From Bugula neritina (lineage: Eukaryota; Animalia; Bryozoa): DNA of 64,000 nucleotides. Position 1 is the first letter of the stretch. Every line of letters starts with the position of its first letter. Made by a program: the position numbers and the translations under genes. Below are positions 1 to 12,785 of the stretch, piece after piece. The stretch covers positions 14,188,642 to 14,252,641 of the forward strand of contig OZ037770.1 in the NCBI GenBank assembly GCA_964035545.1, given 5' to 3'. The notes beneath the pieces are model-generated. The model ran no database searches and was not told where the DNA came from. It saw only the letters and a list, made by a program, of their open reading frames with translations.

Positions 1-142
1 GAACAATTTCTATTTACAGCAAAATAATATTTAAATTCATCACAGCATATCTATTTGGAGACATGAATTGATAAAAGAAATTTTAATTTTGTTACATAAT
101 AATGTATACTAAGTATTTCAGTTCTAACGCAGTTTTTTTTAC

Positions 143-1465
143 CTGCCAGTTTTTCATACCAAGCATCAGGTCGTGGGCAATATTTATTAGGTTGAAACTG
201 GTTGATATTACAGAAAGTTACTGCAGGAAATTTGATGGGTCCATATTTAACCTAAACAGAGCAAAATTCTTATGGTGAAAACTGTCATTTATATAAATTA
301 CACCAAGTAAATAGAATGTAATATACTAGTAAGATATGTTGAATAAAAATGGTGCCAGATTAATATTGTAGTCATTCTAAAGTTGTAGAACATATAAGCA
401 TTGCAACAATTACTTTAATAACCATTGTAAGTTTTTAGCCTGATAAAGTTTGTAATTTAGGCAATTACATAAGCATATATGCTACTACTATAAAAGTTTA
501 ATATTACTGCTAAATTAAAGCACAATTTTGCTACTCTATAAGCATAGTATAAGCATTATATAAATAAAAGTCAAACAGATAATATAGCATCAAATATATA
601 TCATTTATAACATTATTATGCAACTTTGAATTTTGAAGCAAGTAAAAACTGTTTTACTTGTTTCAAAATTCAAAATTGCGTAAATGTTGTAAAATAATAT
701 GTATGTGGAATCAAGCTGACAGGAACATCTTATATTGCATAATATTCTTATGTTTTTTTCTAAAATGTTGTTTTTAACAGACCTATAAAGATGCAATCAT
801 GCACGTACCTGTACATCAGTAGTCATTTCATGTCTGTTGTATTGACTGATCAACTTAGCTGAGAAATATGTGAATGTGCAGAGTCCAGTTATAAATAACA
901 GAAGCCAAAATATCTTTCCTATCAAATACTTGTGTCCTACAATCTATACAACATGAAGATTATCCAAGGAGAACTCATTGGTAGTTTTAGCTTAAGTCTG
1001 TAACTGCATGTGAACTCTTCTCACTGTTTTTCAGGTTTATTCATCAGCTAAGTTTGAAAGCAAAGCCAAACGCTACAAGCTTACACAAGTTTATAGTCAC
1101 TATTCCTGTGAGAAACCTCTGATGGATTAAATAGGGTTGGTTAAAACGGGCTAAAGACTTATTAAGACGTGACACAGGAGAAATTATATGACTGATTGCT
1201 CTTCCTAACATTACTAATTGGCTGTACTGAAGTTTCAACCCATGACTTCGTGTTTACTAAGCCAGCACTTTAACCCCTAGACCACAGCTGCTCAATCTCT
1301 GTCATAGTTATATTATAAGAGTATGTATATAAATAGTTTATTATACCAAATAATTCAACTCACCTTCGGTGGCCCATGAGCACTGGTAGATTCTGAAAAA
1401 CTTCGCACGACACCTTTTAATTTTGGTGCCAATGTTTTCTTTTCACGCTCAGTGTTATTAGACAT
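143..1465 (-). CDS. DEG/ENaC (amiloride-sensitive sodium channel family) subunit, 5' portion; continues off the left edge
   Basis: Phase-consistent GT-AG exons 1465-1364 (MSNNTEREKKTLAPKLKGVVRSFSESTSAHGPPK, containing the F-x-E-x-T-S-x-HG motif), 943-809 (IVGHKYLIGKIFWLLLFITGLCTFTYFSAKLISQYNRHEMTTDVQ, TM1) and 251-143 (VKYGPIKFPAVTFCNINQF..., the FPAVTxCN signature). Not in the ORF track. Confidence 0.92.
1077..1293 (-). mobile_element. tRNA-derived SINE family 1, copy 1
   Basis: Reverse complement aligns by eye to 10189-10402: A/B-box-like head, central GTTAGGAAGAGCA..CAGTCATAATT, 3' GGTTTCTCACAGGAATAGTGACTATAAACTTGTG. Confidence 0.8.
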
Positions 1466-1762
1466 GTTTCATCCATGAGCTAGAGCAAGTAGAATGGCAT
1501 TCTTCTACCTACCATCTATATATCAAGTTTCATATAATATAATGGTACCTCAAGTACAGCTTTCACATTTGCATAACAAGTATGTTATAGGTATCAAGCA
1601 TGTCTTTCCATGAGTATGTTGCACTTAAAGGTATGTGAGATTGCTGCATGTACCTACAAAATAACTTCTGAATCTAAAAACCAATATAATTTGCGCCTCT
1701 ATTTGTAACTCAATATGGCCATGAATACTATACCAATTTGATCTTCCTTTACCAATATAAAA

Positions 1763-1972
1763 AACTCACGCAAGCTTATAGTTGCTATTCCTGTGAGAAA
1801 CTTCTGATAAAAAGGGTTTTGTTAGAACGGGCTAAGGACTTATTTAAATGAGGCACAGGAGCAATTATGACTGGATGCTCTTCCTAACATCACCAATGGC
1901 CTTTGTCGGGTTTGAACCCATTATTTTGTGTTCACAAAGCAAACGCTTTAACCCCTAGTCCACAACTGCTCC
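1763..1972 (-). mobile_element. tRNA-derived SINE family 1, copy 2
   Basis: Same blocks as copy 1; B box GGGTTCAAACCC on the minus strand. Confidence 0.8.
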
Positions 1973-3024
1973 CTCTTCCTATACTAATATATTATATCAT
2001 ATTAACTGCTGCTTTATAGGTTTAATCATTTAGTGTCACATATGAATGCTCTTGGGTTTTCTTCAAAAATAAAAGTCACAATGTAAATAAAAATTCATTT
2101 ACAACCAAATCTCGTGGAATAGATGTAACCCACCACTCTCTTATAATCAGAATATTATTCTAATGATTGGACGAATACTATTATAAGTATATTATGCTGG
2201 TACGAAGTACAGAAATTTCATTGTTATGACTGGTGGCATATGTATAATATGCTGTAGTTCATAAACTAAATCAATAGTACAAGTGGCGTTATGTAGGGAC
2301 ATGTGCTTTCAGATTTAAAATCTAAAAATTAAATTATATATAGAAAAACTAATTTATTAAATTTAAACACTAATCATTCATTTCATTTCAATTGGACCCA
2401 ACTTGGCAACGATTCCTCCAGCACTTATAAAACACCCGCAGGTATTTGGCGCTATATGCATTCAACATCAGCTTCTAATCGTAGCATTGTAGTTAGATAT
2501 TTATTGGGGAATTAGCTTTCAAATATGGCATGACTTTGCATTCTAGCCATAGCAAGTTAGAAAAATAAAAATAAAAAAGTTATAAGCATAATGTGCATGT
2601 ATATAAAAGCTCATTGCCTTATGCTTAGAGTCAGCATCTCTAGCTTGTTCACAAAAGTATATCATAGCAGATAACCAGATATTGCCAGCTGTAAACATTA
2701 TAGCTGTCCACTTATGCCTATAGAGCAAACAACTGCTAGGGCATGTAGCCCCCCTTAATCCCCACTTTTCCTTGTAGAACTATAATTCTACTACTGTGCA
2801 TAAAATCTTTCATCTTAATACAATGATAATGGATTTATATAGAATTACCTCATCTCCCATACTGCTTAATAAATTCACATTGCTCGTTGTAGATGCCGCA
2901 ATTACACTAATCTTCAAAGCTGTTGAAGGCATTTGGCATCTGAATCATTTCAGTCAGTGCCCTTATTTACAGCAGGTGGGGAAGATTAGAAAACATAGAA
3001 AATGCTCATTGCAAGAAAGTCAGT

Positions 3025-3060
3025 ATATATATAAACAGGTGAGCATTGAGTTTATCCAGT
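3025..3060 (+). promoter_or_regulatory. Putative TATA box/initiator of the astacin gene
   Basis: TATATATAAA about 70 nt upstream of ATG 3102, with CCAGT about 25-30 nt downstream of the TATA. Confidence 0.4.
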
Positions 3061-3101
3061 AACATTCAAGATCGTCGCAAAATTACAAACACTTGTAAAA
3101 T

Positions 3102-6100
3102 ATGATCAACAAAAGGACACTATTGTGGGTAAGGAAATTTTAATATTTGTTATTTTCAAATACGAATAGTGAAAATTTTTAAACTGATTTTTTATTTCTT
3201 TTATTTTAATTGAGTTATAGTTTGTTAACTCTTGTTCACCTGATTGATTGGATGATAGTATTCAATAAATTACTGTGATCTTCAGCTGATGTTCTTCTAC
3301 ATATCGAGCAACACCTCAGAAATCCTTGGGCTCTCTCAATCTGTTATCAATTCAAGACAAAAGAGAGCTTCAATAGATGAAAAGATTGCAAGGATTTCTA
3401 CCTTTACTCCAGCCTCAGTTACAGAATTTAGTAGCCAAGGACCAGGTAAATATTGGAGTATTATAGCAATAGTCTGAGAATACATATTAAGCAGTTCTGT
3501 TAAAGCTAAGGCTAAGATTTATACTTGTCAGACTTTGTAAGCTTCAATGTTTTCTTTCACATGAGGTTTTTCATTTCATTAGGTTACTTGAAGCTCATTG
3601 ATTTTGTAGTTCCAGTGTTATTGGAAAGTTTCAAATTTGCTGGTTTTAGCAAAAGCACATATTTATTAGAATTGAATCGTATTCTAAATTGATGTTGCTA
3701 ATGCATATGTCTTATAAAGCTCTAAAATTTTACTAATATACATAAATTGGCAAAACACATTTGAATTTTAAATTATAAAAAAACAAAAATTTCAAAGTAT
3801 TTAAAAATAAGTGTATCTCTGTAAAAGTAAATAATAATAAGAATATCATTTTTTATATAATCAGTTTTTTCATGAAATAAATTTATTAAAATGAAAAATA
3901 TGAGTTGTCATGCAAATAACTTGAATTGATTCATTTAAATTATTTGACAATTGAATTTTGTGTTAAGAATGAAACTTATATAAAATTCATTCTATTGAAA
4001 TTCTAATGCTGATAAAGTATTCGTTTATAGGATTGCATATAGCAGCATACTGGATTGTAATTTTTAATTACTATTTTTATCTTATATGGTGTAGTACAAC
4101 CCCAGAAGCAATTGCAAAACTAATATTCACAATACATGATCAAAGCTTAATGTTAAGCAATATAAACTGGCATTTAAACTATAATTAGTAAAATGGCATC
4201 ACTTTGATGTTAAAATTCCAAGACAATAAGTAGTAGGTTTACTATTTTTACCAACTTCGAAAAGAAATAACCAGTAGGGTCTTTAAGAATAATACAGAAA
4301 AAGTGATGTAAAATGCAAAGTAATGTAAAATGCAGAGTTTCGCAAAGGAATTGGTTATGAACTTGTTGGTAGTAATAACTTGGCATGAAATATGCAGGAT
4401 TTTGGTGAAAATGTGAGTAAAACAATAAATTTGTGACAATTTTGCAACTGAATTTGAAAAAAATTTCTAAATTAATTTTTTATTCATAAATGTATGCATA
4501 CCCTTTATAGTTTTTTTAAAGTTAAATCTATTTCAGTATATCAATTCGAATTATGATCAATTCTAATCTTTTTTCTTTCCATCAGCATGATGTTACATCC
4601 ATTAGGCTTTAGGGTATGATACAAAGCAGTGACATTAACTCAGAGTAATGTACCTAATGGATTATGAAACAATTAACCTTATTTATACTGTTGCAACTAG
4701 GTGCATCCTTACAAAAAATTATGTATTGCTTCAAGTTATATCCTACACTTCAAGGGTTTGTGTTTGTAGGTATCATAGCGAGTAATGGTAACGAATACAT
4801 TATAACAGAACTGGACATGCTAAAGCAGTTGCCTCGGGTGGAGGCTGTAAAGAGAAGGCAGAAGAGACACGCTTGGCTGAGCACGGAACGCTATTGGCCC
4901 AACAAACAAGTGTTCTATCAGTGGGCGGGGTCTTTCAGTGAGTAAACCTTCATGCTATATAGATTATTTTCAAATGTCATATTAACATATTATATTAATA
5001 TGACATTTGAAAATAATCTATAGCATTATGTTGAAAACATATATTAATTAGCGATACAATTGGAATTATGTTTCAAAAAGAAAATGGGTGCTAAATGAGC
5101 CATTTTTACTTTCAATAAAATAAGTATAAATACTAAATTTAGCAAAATTAAATGAAAGGGCTTATTTTGATTTATTAAATTATAAATGGCATTGTTAATA
5201 CACTGTTTACATGAGAGTTTGCATTAAATATGAACAAAATAATTTTTTCCCAATCAAGCATCTTAGAAATTATAATAATGTGCTTATAGTTTATATGTAT
5301 TTTTTGCATGCTTTTGCTATTTTTAATTGCTTAAACGAATTGAATCAAATATCAAATAATTAAGCTCAAGATTCATTTTGATTGGTTGACACAAGCTGTT
5401 GTTTGCATAGCTTCAAAGGAGAGGGCTGTGTTCAAGGAAGCAGTGGAGGAGTTTAACAAATACACCTGTATTCGATGGAGCGTGCGGACCACCCAACCTG
5501 ACTACGTGCAGATTTTGAGGAACCTGGGCTGCCTTTCTGCTGTCGGATATGAGTACTGGAGTCAACCTCAGATCATGAGTCTCGCCAGAGGCTGTGTTAA
5601 TGTAAGACACTTGTATAAGTTTAATAAACATAAATTAATAAAATCAAGCATTTTTGTTTACTACTCTATGTATCTAAATAAATAATGGAAATTTTATTTC
5701 GGATATACCACTGTATTCGTCTTCTGTCAATTAGTTCTGAACGTGAATACAGTGGTATCCAAAATATAAATTTATATTGTTTATTTAAATAAATAAAGTA
5801 GTAAACAAATAGGTTTCTCCATTATTTATTTATGTTTAATGAAGTTAATAGCTCGTATAAGGATATATTTATTTTTTCAAATAATTTCTATACACCATGT
5901 CATCGAGCTTATATTATTCTAGTAAGTTATTACATAATATTTAATTACACTCAAGTATCATTTACTAGCTCTGTTAATGCCAGATGCCTAATTTTTTGGT
6001 ATATTTAACACAAAAGTGTGTAGAACATATTGCATCCTAATAATTTAGCACCATTATAAACTCATAAGGGTTTATATAGTTTATATAGTGTGAGAACCCC

Positions 6101-9100
6101 TGATGGAAACGGCTTTTAAAGCATGTTAAGGACTTTTTCTAATGTGACGCAAGGCTAACTATGGCTGTGTTTGAACTCAGCAATTAGCTATAATATATTC
6201 TATGTTTGAATACACATTATACATTCTGCATTATAGTCTAAAAGTATTCCTGTGCATGAAATGATGCACACATTGGGGGTGTTCCACGAGCACAACCGTC
6301 CTGATAGAGATAGTCATGTTAAGATCCTCCTAGAGAATGTAGTTAATGGAGCCGAGAGAGTGTTTGACAAGACTTTGGCGGAGAATGTGAATGTGTATGA
6401 CACACCTTACGACTACCTCAGTGTCATGCATTACGGCAAAAAGGTGACATACTCAGATAATATCTAAATATTTAAATATTGCTCTAGAACTTAAATAAAA
6501 GATTATAACAAGTATAACTGCTTAGTTTTATTCTTGTTAATTTAAAATATCTCCAATGTTAAAATTTCAAATAATTAAATTGAAGGTGAGCATTTCACAG
6601 CAAAATATTAAAATTGTAATATATGTATGAACAAATAAGTGGAAAAATTTTGTGTTTATCAATTCTTAAGTAATAAATAGTCACTACCTTTACATATTAT
6701 TAGTTTGGCACTTTAGAGTACAATAAGGTGTAATAATTATTATGTAATGCTGCATTTATCATCCTTTACCTTTATTATTCAACAGTTTATTCCTCAGCTT
6801 GTGCAGCAATAGAAAAAAGTCTTCACATTTTTGTCTCAGTATATATAGCAGCTATTACAGACATTACAGTACTGAAAGATTGTTATTGCAACAGTCACAC
6901 TCTAAAATATAATATAATACAATTAAAAATAAAAATAGGAGTTACCTCCTCTATACTATATAATATTTTGAAATAATGCAACATTACTATGAGTTGTCTT
7001 CCTGTTATATTAGCTGTCACAGATTTCCTACTCATAAATAAAAATTAAATAACAATTTAATTTTTATTGAAATAATGTATATGTGTATTTCCGTTACTAT
7101 TTTAGTCATTCTCAGCTAATGGTGGAGATACAGTCATGGCATTAGATGATAAATACCAGAGTCTTATTGGAAGAGCTTCCACCATGTCTTTCTATGATGT
7201 CAAACTCCTTTCTAGAATGTACCAGTGTAATGGTATGTTAGTACGTAGTAGGTGTTAATAGGGTGTTGGGTGTGCAAAAAAGATAAATAATTATTGTTAG
7301 AACCTTGTTGTTGAGTTTTACAAAATCAGAAAGGAGTTACCATCAGTTATTATTCAGTTAATTGCTGTTAAAGTAAACTAGTACAAAGTTGTAGAAATAT
7401 TATAACAACCTTAATTGTATTGTATTACTTTTTTTATATTCAAATTAAGTGTATGCATTCTATTTTAGAGGGGTGTCCAGCTTCCACGTGTTCAGAAGGG
7501 GCCTTTCAAGGAGTGGGTTGTCAATGTTTCTGCAAAGATGAGTCGAGTGACGATATTCCCGTGGTGCTGTGTGGAGATTGTAAGTGTAGCAATCACTCAG
7601 CCACTCTTCCTTTTATAGTCTCTCATGAAACTTTCTATACTTGAGAGTAGATAAATCCCATTGATGCATGGGGACATGTCAATCAAATGAAACCACTTGT
7701 AAGAAATTATTCACTGCGCTTTCATGCTATAGTATGGATGAACTGATGGTTGTAATTTAATTCCATGCAACCGTGTCTAAACATCGAATAATAAATAAAT
7801 TTGCATACTGTTTGGAAACCCAGCGAATGAAAACCGCAACCACAAACCCATCTAGATCAGCACCAATACAAATTATGGGCACACAGTAATATATAGTCCT
7901 TTGTCACACTTTTGAAAATTGATTAGATTGCTTGCTTTGTTTCAACAAAATAATTATTCTCTTTCATTTTCTATGTTATTTTAGTTTGCAGTAAAATAGA
8001 TCAACCTTGTAAATGTGACGAATATGCAGATGCATGTTCACGTATTGCCAACAGCATATGTGATACAAACAGTAAAGCATGTAAGTGTGATGCTGTTAAT
8101 GGATACAGGAAGAGTGCAGATAATGAGTGCGTGAAGCAAACAGGTAAAGCCTATAATTCACATTCGTAATTTATTTGAAATGCAAATGCAGTTATACCCG
8201 ATGTATTCATTACTTATTGTAAAATATACCTATATCTTCTTTATAATTGTAGTAGTTTTTAGTGTTTTGGTATGAGTTAAAGCAATCATGCACACTGTGC
8301 TAAATACAGTAACACAATTGTATACTACCAATTAATTTAGTACAATGTTAAGTAATATAATTAGATTTAATTTTATGTGCATGTATTCTATTTTTCTATA
8401 TTACATTTCAGCACTATTTACAATGTAAAATGTTATAAATTTGTTATAAGAGCTTTTTGGCATTTTACATGCTCCTTTCAGCTTTTAGCTTAAAAACTTA
8501 AAAAAAAATAGCATTGTATAGATTGTTCCAAGCTTAATTTTTTGTACTTCAATGAATGTCAAATAGACTTCACTAACTTGCGCCATTTATAAAGATATCA
8601 ATATTTGTATTTACAGTTTGTACTGAGCTCTCAGTTGATTGCCACTGCACAATGAGCTCTAACTCATGTGACGCTCTCCCTCACTCATCATGTGACCCTG
8701 AAAGTGACTCCTGTCAATGTAATGCTGGGTACCTAAAAGTCTCAAGCACCATCTGTCAAGATATTCGCGGTAAGTGTTTAGTCTGTGTTAGCTCTCTTGT
8801 ATCTATCTCCTGGGCTTGAGGTCTGTACAGAGGTAGAAATCTTACTGTAAGATAATAAAGCCTAAAAAAAGATTTCCTTTTAATTTAGTTTCTAAAAATT
8901 CTAATTTAGAAAATTTCTATAGTAAAGACGTGCTCCTTTGTTTTTGTGAAGCACTTTTTTATCTGATAGGTTTTTTATTTAGCCTAATTAGCATTATTGA
9001 TTTAAATTGATCACAATCATTGATTGCTCAAATATTTTCTTTGCTCTGCATTTTTCGATTGAATTTTTTTTATTTTCATCACCTGCCTATTTTACCTAAT

Positions 9101-12049
9101 TTAAATTTCAATGTCTTGTAGCTGTTGATTGCTTGCTGGCAGACATCAGCTGCTCTTGCTCTAGCAAAAGTACAAACGCTTGCATGAAAATACCAAACAG
9201 TCACTGTGACAGTGAAACCCAGAGTTGCAGGTGTAACTCTGGTTTCTATAACTCTGAAGGAGTGTGTGAAGCTATGCCTGGTAAATATTGCTGAAGCTAC
9301 ATTATTGTTGAAATTCTAATTATCAGTTTAAAAAAAATAAACATTATCAACTTGTGACTTTTTACTAACTCTTTACTTTTGGCTGGTTTGTAAAATTGGG
9401 ATAGTTGGGCAGAATGCTTTTCATGCAGCAACATTATTGAAGATAGAATTTTTTTAATTGTAGAAAAACATTCATTTTGATATTTATTTGAAACGTGTTA
9501 ACATTTAGACCCAGAATTATGATAAATGTTATAAATAGTGAAATATGTAAACTTAATTATAATTGATATTTGCAGGAAAATAGAGTTGTCTTTGCTATTT
9601 TTCTAGCATGCAACACGTTAGACCAAAGCTGCCAATGTGACGATCAGGGTGACAAGGCATGTCAGGGAATACCTCATAGTGTTTGTAACAGTGAGAGTCA
9701 AGCCTGTGAATGCGACGCTATGCTTTACAGAAGTGAGGGTGGGCTGTGTATCCCAGCCTTTTCCTATACTAGCGATGGATCAGCACTTACTCCGTTTATT
9801 CACTCTCCAATAAGCAGTGTTTTATTTACCCCAGCAGTGGGTAGTGATGTCACAGTCTATGGAATCCCTGGAAATAACCAGTATCTGTACGCCAGTGGAA
9901 TGGTGAGACAATTCTTAATATTGACTGAAAGATTTGATATAGCATTTTTGTTGGTGGTTGATGCTGTAGGGCTTGTTCTATAATAATTTAATGTTATGAA
10001 TATTTTGTTCTAAACATTCATAACTGCAGGTCAAATATGCAAAGACCTTCAATAATACTATGATGGCTATTATAAACAAAATTTTGAAGAGTGTAACTGG
10101 GAACAAATATTTTTTGGCATAAAGCTCGTAGAATGTTATTAAAACACAGAAAATTTACTTACAACATTTGATTGCCATCTTTATCAATAGAGAACAGTCG
10201 TGGTCTAGAGATTAGAGCGCAGACTTAGCAAACACAAAGTTGTGGGTTCAAACCCCAGACAAAGGCCATTGGTGATGTTAGGAAGAGCATCTAGTCAAAA
10301 TTACTCTTTTTGCCTCAAAGGAATGAGTGCTTAGCCCAATTTAAAAACACCCTTTCATCAGGGTTTCTCACAAGGATGGTGACTATAAACTTGTGTGAGC
10401 TTCTTTATCTAAATTGCTTTAGTTACAATTACACAGTAATACAACGTGCTTCTCAGCATGTAGGCATGTTAATGCTGCTGTTTGTGTTTTATAACATGGA
10501 GACGACATCTGAGAAGTCAGCGTTGCAGACGGTGACAATCAGAGAGACTGGATTCTGGTGTATTTCATACGCTGCCAAACTGCATAATGCTAAATGTTCT
10601 ACTCAGTTCTCTAAAAATGGCGGCAAAAGATGGACTTCCTGGGCTATCACATCCATACCGTTAGTTGTCTTCATTTACATAAACAGTATTTACCGTTAGT
10701 TGTCTCCACTCATATAATAAACATTGTGCAGTATTTAATTACCGTTAGTTGTCTCCACTTACGTAAACGGTGTTATTACCGTTTGTTGTCTCCACTCGTA
10801 TAATATAATAAACATTGTAAAATATTTAATTACTGTTAGTTGTATTCACCTGCATACAATATATATAATACGCAATATTTATTGTTAGTTTTCTCCACTT
10901 ACATAATTTAATACGTAGTCTTTAAAGTATCAAATTATGACAGAGTTTTACTAAAGAATAATAATAAACATTATTTATCAGGCAATAAAATATCAACTTA
11001 ATGAAATTAAAGGGTAAGTGTATTTCAAAATTTATAGCAATTAGCTGGATTCCAATGCTGCAATTATTTAATTTAAATTACATTCAGTTATAAACCTGCA
11101 CATGCTTGCAACTTGAATTGCTTTCCCAGTTTTATTTATATTAAGTTGTAAAAATTACAAATATTTTTAACTGAGAAGTTGTCCTCTATTACCTTTGTTT
11201 TTGAATTTACCATATTATTATAATAATGATTAGTAAATAAAATCAATTGACAATAAACGTGCAAACATTGACAGCAAAGCAAAAAATAGAAATGCTTCGA
11301 ATTTATTAGAAAGTGTTTGAAGGATGAACAATAAAATAATGATAATATAACTCTAAAACAACAAATATTTTATACCTTATAAGGAATATAACGTACTATG
11401 AATACAATCTGTTAATCTTTGCTGTTGTAGAAAGATGGATTACTTTTACAAAAGAGACGCATGGAGAGTATTGGTGAAAAATAATATAATTGTGAGTATG
11501 CAACTGTTAACTCAACGTACTATAAATGGTGAAAACAATAAACGCATTATATCTCGTACATCAATACTTTGCACAGGAATTTAAACTTTTATGTATAAAC
11601 GTAGTGCTATTTTGAGTTTTTTAAAACTCTAGAATAATATAACTTTAATAACTTGAAAATTTCTTAAATTTTTATATTTTCAACCTGCCTGTAATAATTG
11701 ATTTGTCTACTTTCAATCTGTCATCAAACTTTATATAAACATAGATAATAATATAAATTTATATCAGTTGAGATATCTTACTATGGGCAATGGTGTTTAT
11801 GCTTAAATGATGTTAGAAAACAGCATAGTAATGCTGAAAAATAATTACCCTCACCTGGGACCGCTGGCTTGCATTCAAGTGTGCTAACCTTTACACCACA
11901 GGGACACTGGATTAACTTAACACTACAAATGGACTAATACCTTCCGAGTTTGATTTGACCTTCTTTTACAGTTTCGTATAAAGGCGAAAGCATTATTCAA
12001 TGGGGAATGGTCTGTTGCAATTGATGCCTTGAAAGTCTACCCATGTTGA
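3102..12049 (+). CDS. Secreted astacin-family (M12A) zinc metalloendopeptidase with an EGF-like segment, four 8-Cys modules and a C-terminal MAM-like domain
   Basis: Inferred exons: 3102-3128, 3286-3445, 4770-4937, 5411-5601, 6237-6443, 7106-7232, 7469-7579, 7985-8143, 8617-8769, 9122-9280, 9607-9902, ~10502-10659, 11431-11491, 11972-12049; phases consistent. Signal peptide MINKRTLLWLMFFYIS..., RQKR furin sites, HEMMHTLGVFHEHNRPDRD zinc motif, YDYLSVMHYG Met-turn, C-terminal SVAIDALKVYPC* (MAM-like). Confidence 0.93.
4958..5022. repeat. Perfect inverted repeat (28-bp arms, 9-nt loop) in astacin intron 3
   Basis: tatagattattttcaaatgtcatattaa / ttaatatgacatttgaaaataatctata. Confidence 0.9.
5615..5845. 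mobile_element. Foldback/MITE-like long imperfect inverted repeat in astacin intron 4
   Basis: Left arm ...ttgtttactact...aaataaa...ggatataccactgtattc pairs with right arm gaatacagtggtatcc...tttatttaaat...agtagtaaacaa. Confidence 0.65.
6059..6167 (-). mobile_element. SINE family 1, degenerate 3' fragment
   Basis: gtgagaacccctgatggaaa...taaggactt...aatgtgacgc matches the 3' half of the other copies. Confidence 0.55.
10189..10402 (+). mobile_element. tRNA-derived SINE family 1, copy (sense orientation)
   Basis: GTGGTCTAG A-box-like, GGGTTCAAACCC B box, GGTGATGTTAGGAAGAGCATC core, 3' GACTATAAACTTGTGTGAGCTT. Confidence 0.82.
10655..10905 (+). repeat. Tandem repeat (6 units, ~35-54 bp) whose unit contains the exon-12 splice donor
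   Basis: TACC|GTTAGTTGTCTCCACT-like unit with GT at 10660, 10695, 10744, 10781, 10835, 10884. Confidence 0.85.
11845..11930 (-). mobile_element. tRNA-like dispersed repeat family 2, copy A (T-arm deleted)
   Basis: RC: atttgtagtgttaagtt...cagtgtccctgtggtgtaaaggttagcacacttgaatgcaagccagcggtcccagg; aligns with 32151-32251 and 42775-42871. Confidence 0.65.
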
Positions 12050-12317
12050 AGTTACAGCATGAAAACCACGCCTCTGCAGCAGTTATTATAAAATTGTGTT
12101 TTATACTGCTAGCCATGGTCCAATTATTACTGAATAGTTTTTAAATTTATTTCTCTCTCTGTATTTGTAATATTTTATTAAAGATTATGTTTGTAGATGA
12201 TGTTTATCTGTTCATTCTTTAAATGGCTTGCAACTGATAACCAATTGGTAGAAAAATGCATAATTCAATTTTCTTAAAGATCATAATTATATACTATCAA
12301 GCTTACATGCAATATAC

Positions 12318-12371
12318 TATAAATTGTATCTACACAAGATTATATATACTCTTGTGTAGATACAATTTATA
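12318..12371. repeat. Perfect inverted repeat (22-bp arms)
   Basis: tataaattgtatctacacaaga / tcttgtgtagatacaatttata. Confidence 0.9.
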
Positions 12372-12552
12372 ATAATTCTTTTGGATAATATTATATATGA
12401 TGAATAGGATATACTGGAAATAGCAGCTTATATATAAAAAAGTTTGTAAAATAAAATAATTCTAACATATAACATATATAAATAACATGCTTTAAATACA
12501 ATTAATATTATATAAATTGCAGTTTTGAGTAGCAAGCTATCAATAAATAACC

Positions 12553-12785
12553 AAGCATAGAGCAAGCATAGAACAAGCATAGAGCAAGCATAGAGCAAGC
12601 ATAGAGCAAGCATAGAGCAAGCATAGAGCAAGCATAGAGCAAGCATAGAGCAAGCATAGAGCAAGCATAGAGCAAGCATAGAGCAAGCATAGAGCAAGCA
12701 TAGAGCAAGCATAGAGCAAGCATAGAACAAGCATAGAACAAGCATAGAACAAGCATAGAACAAGCATAGAACAAGCATAGAGCAA
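12553..12785. repeat. 11-bp minisatellite (AAGCATAGAGC/AAC)n, ~21 units
   Basis: Direct inspection; explains the three spurious LLYACSML ORFs. Confidence 0.95.

Noticed and set aside
10655-10905. Repeat-spacer appearance suggesting a CRISPR array
   Set aside because: Eukaryotic intron; the 'spacers' are related to each other (alternating higher-order repeat) and no cas genes are present
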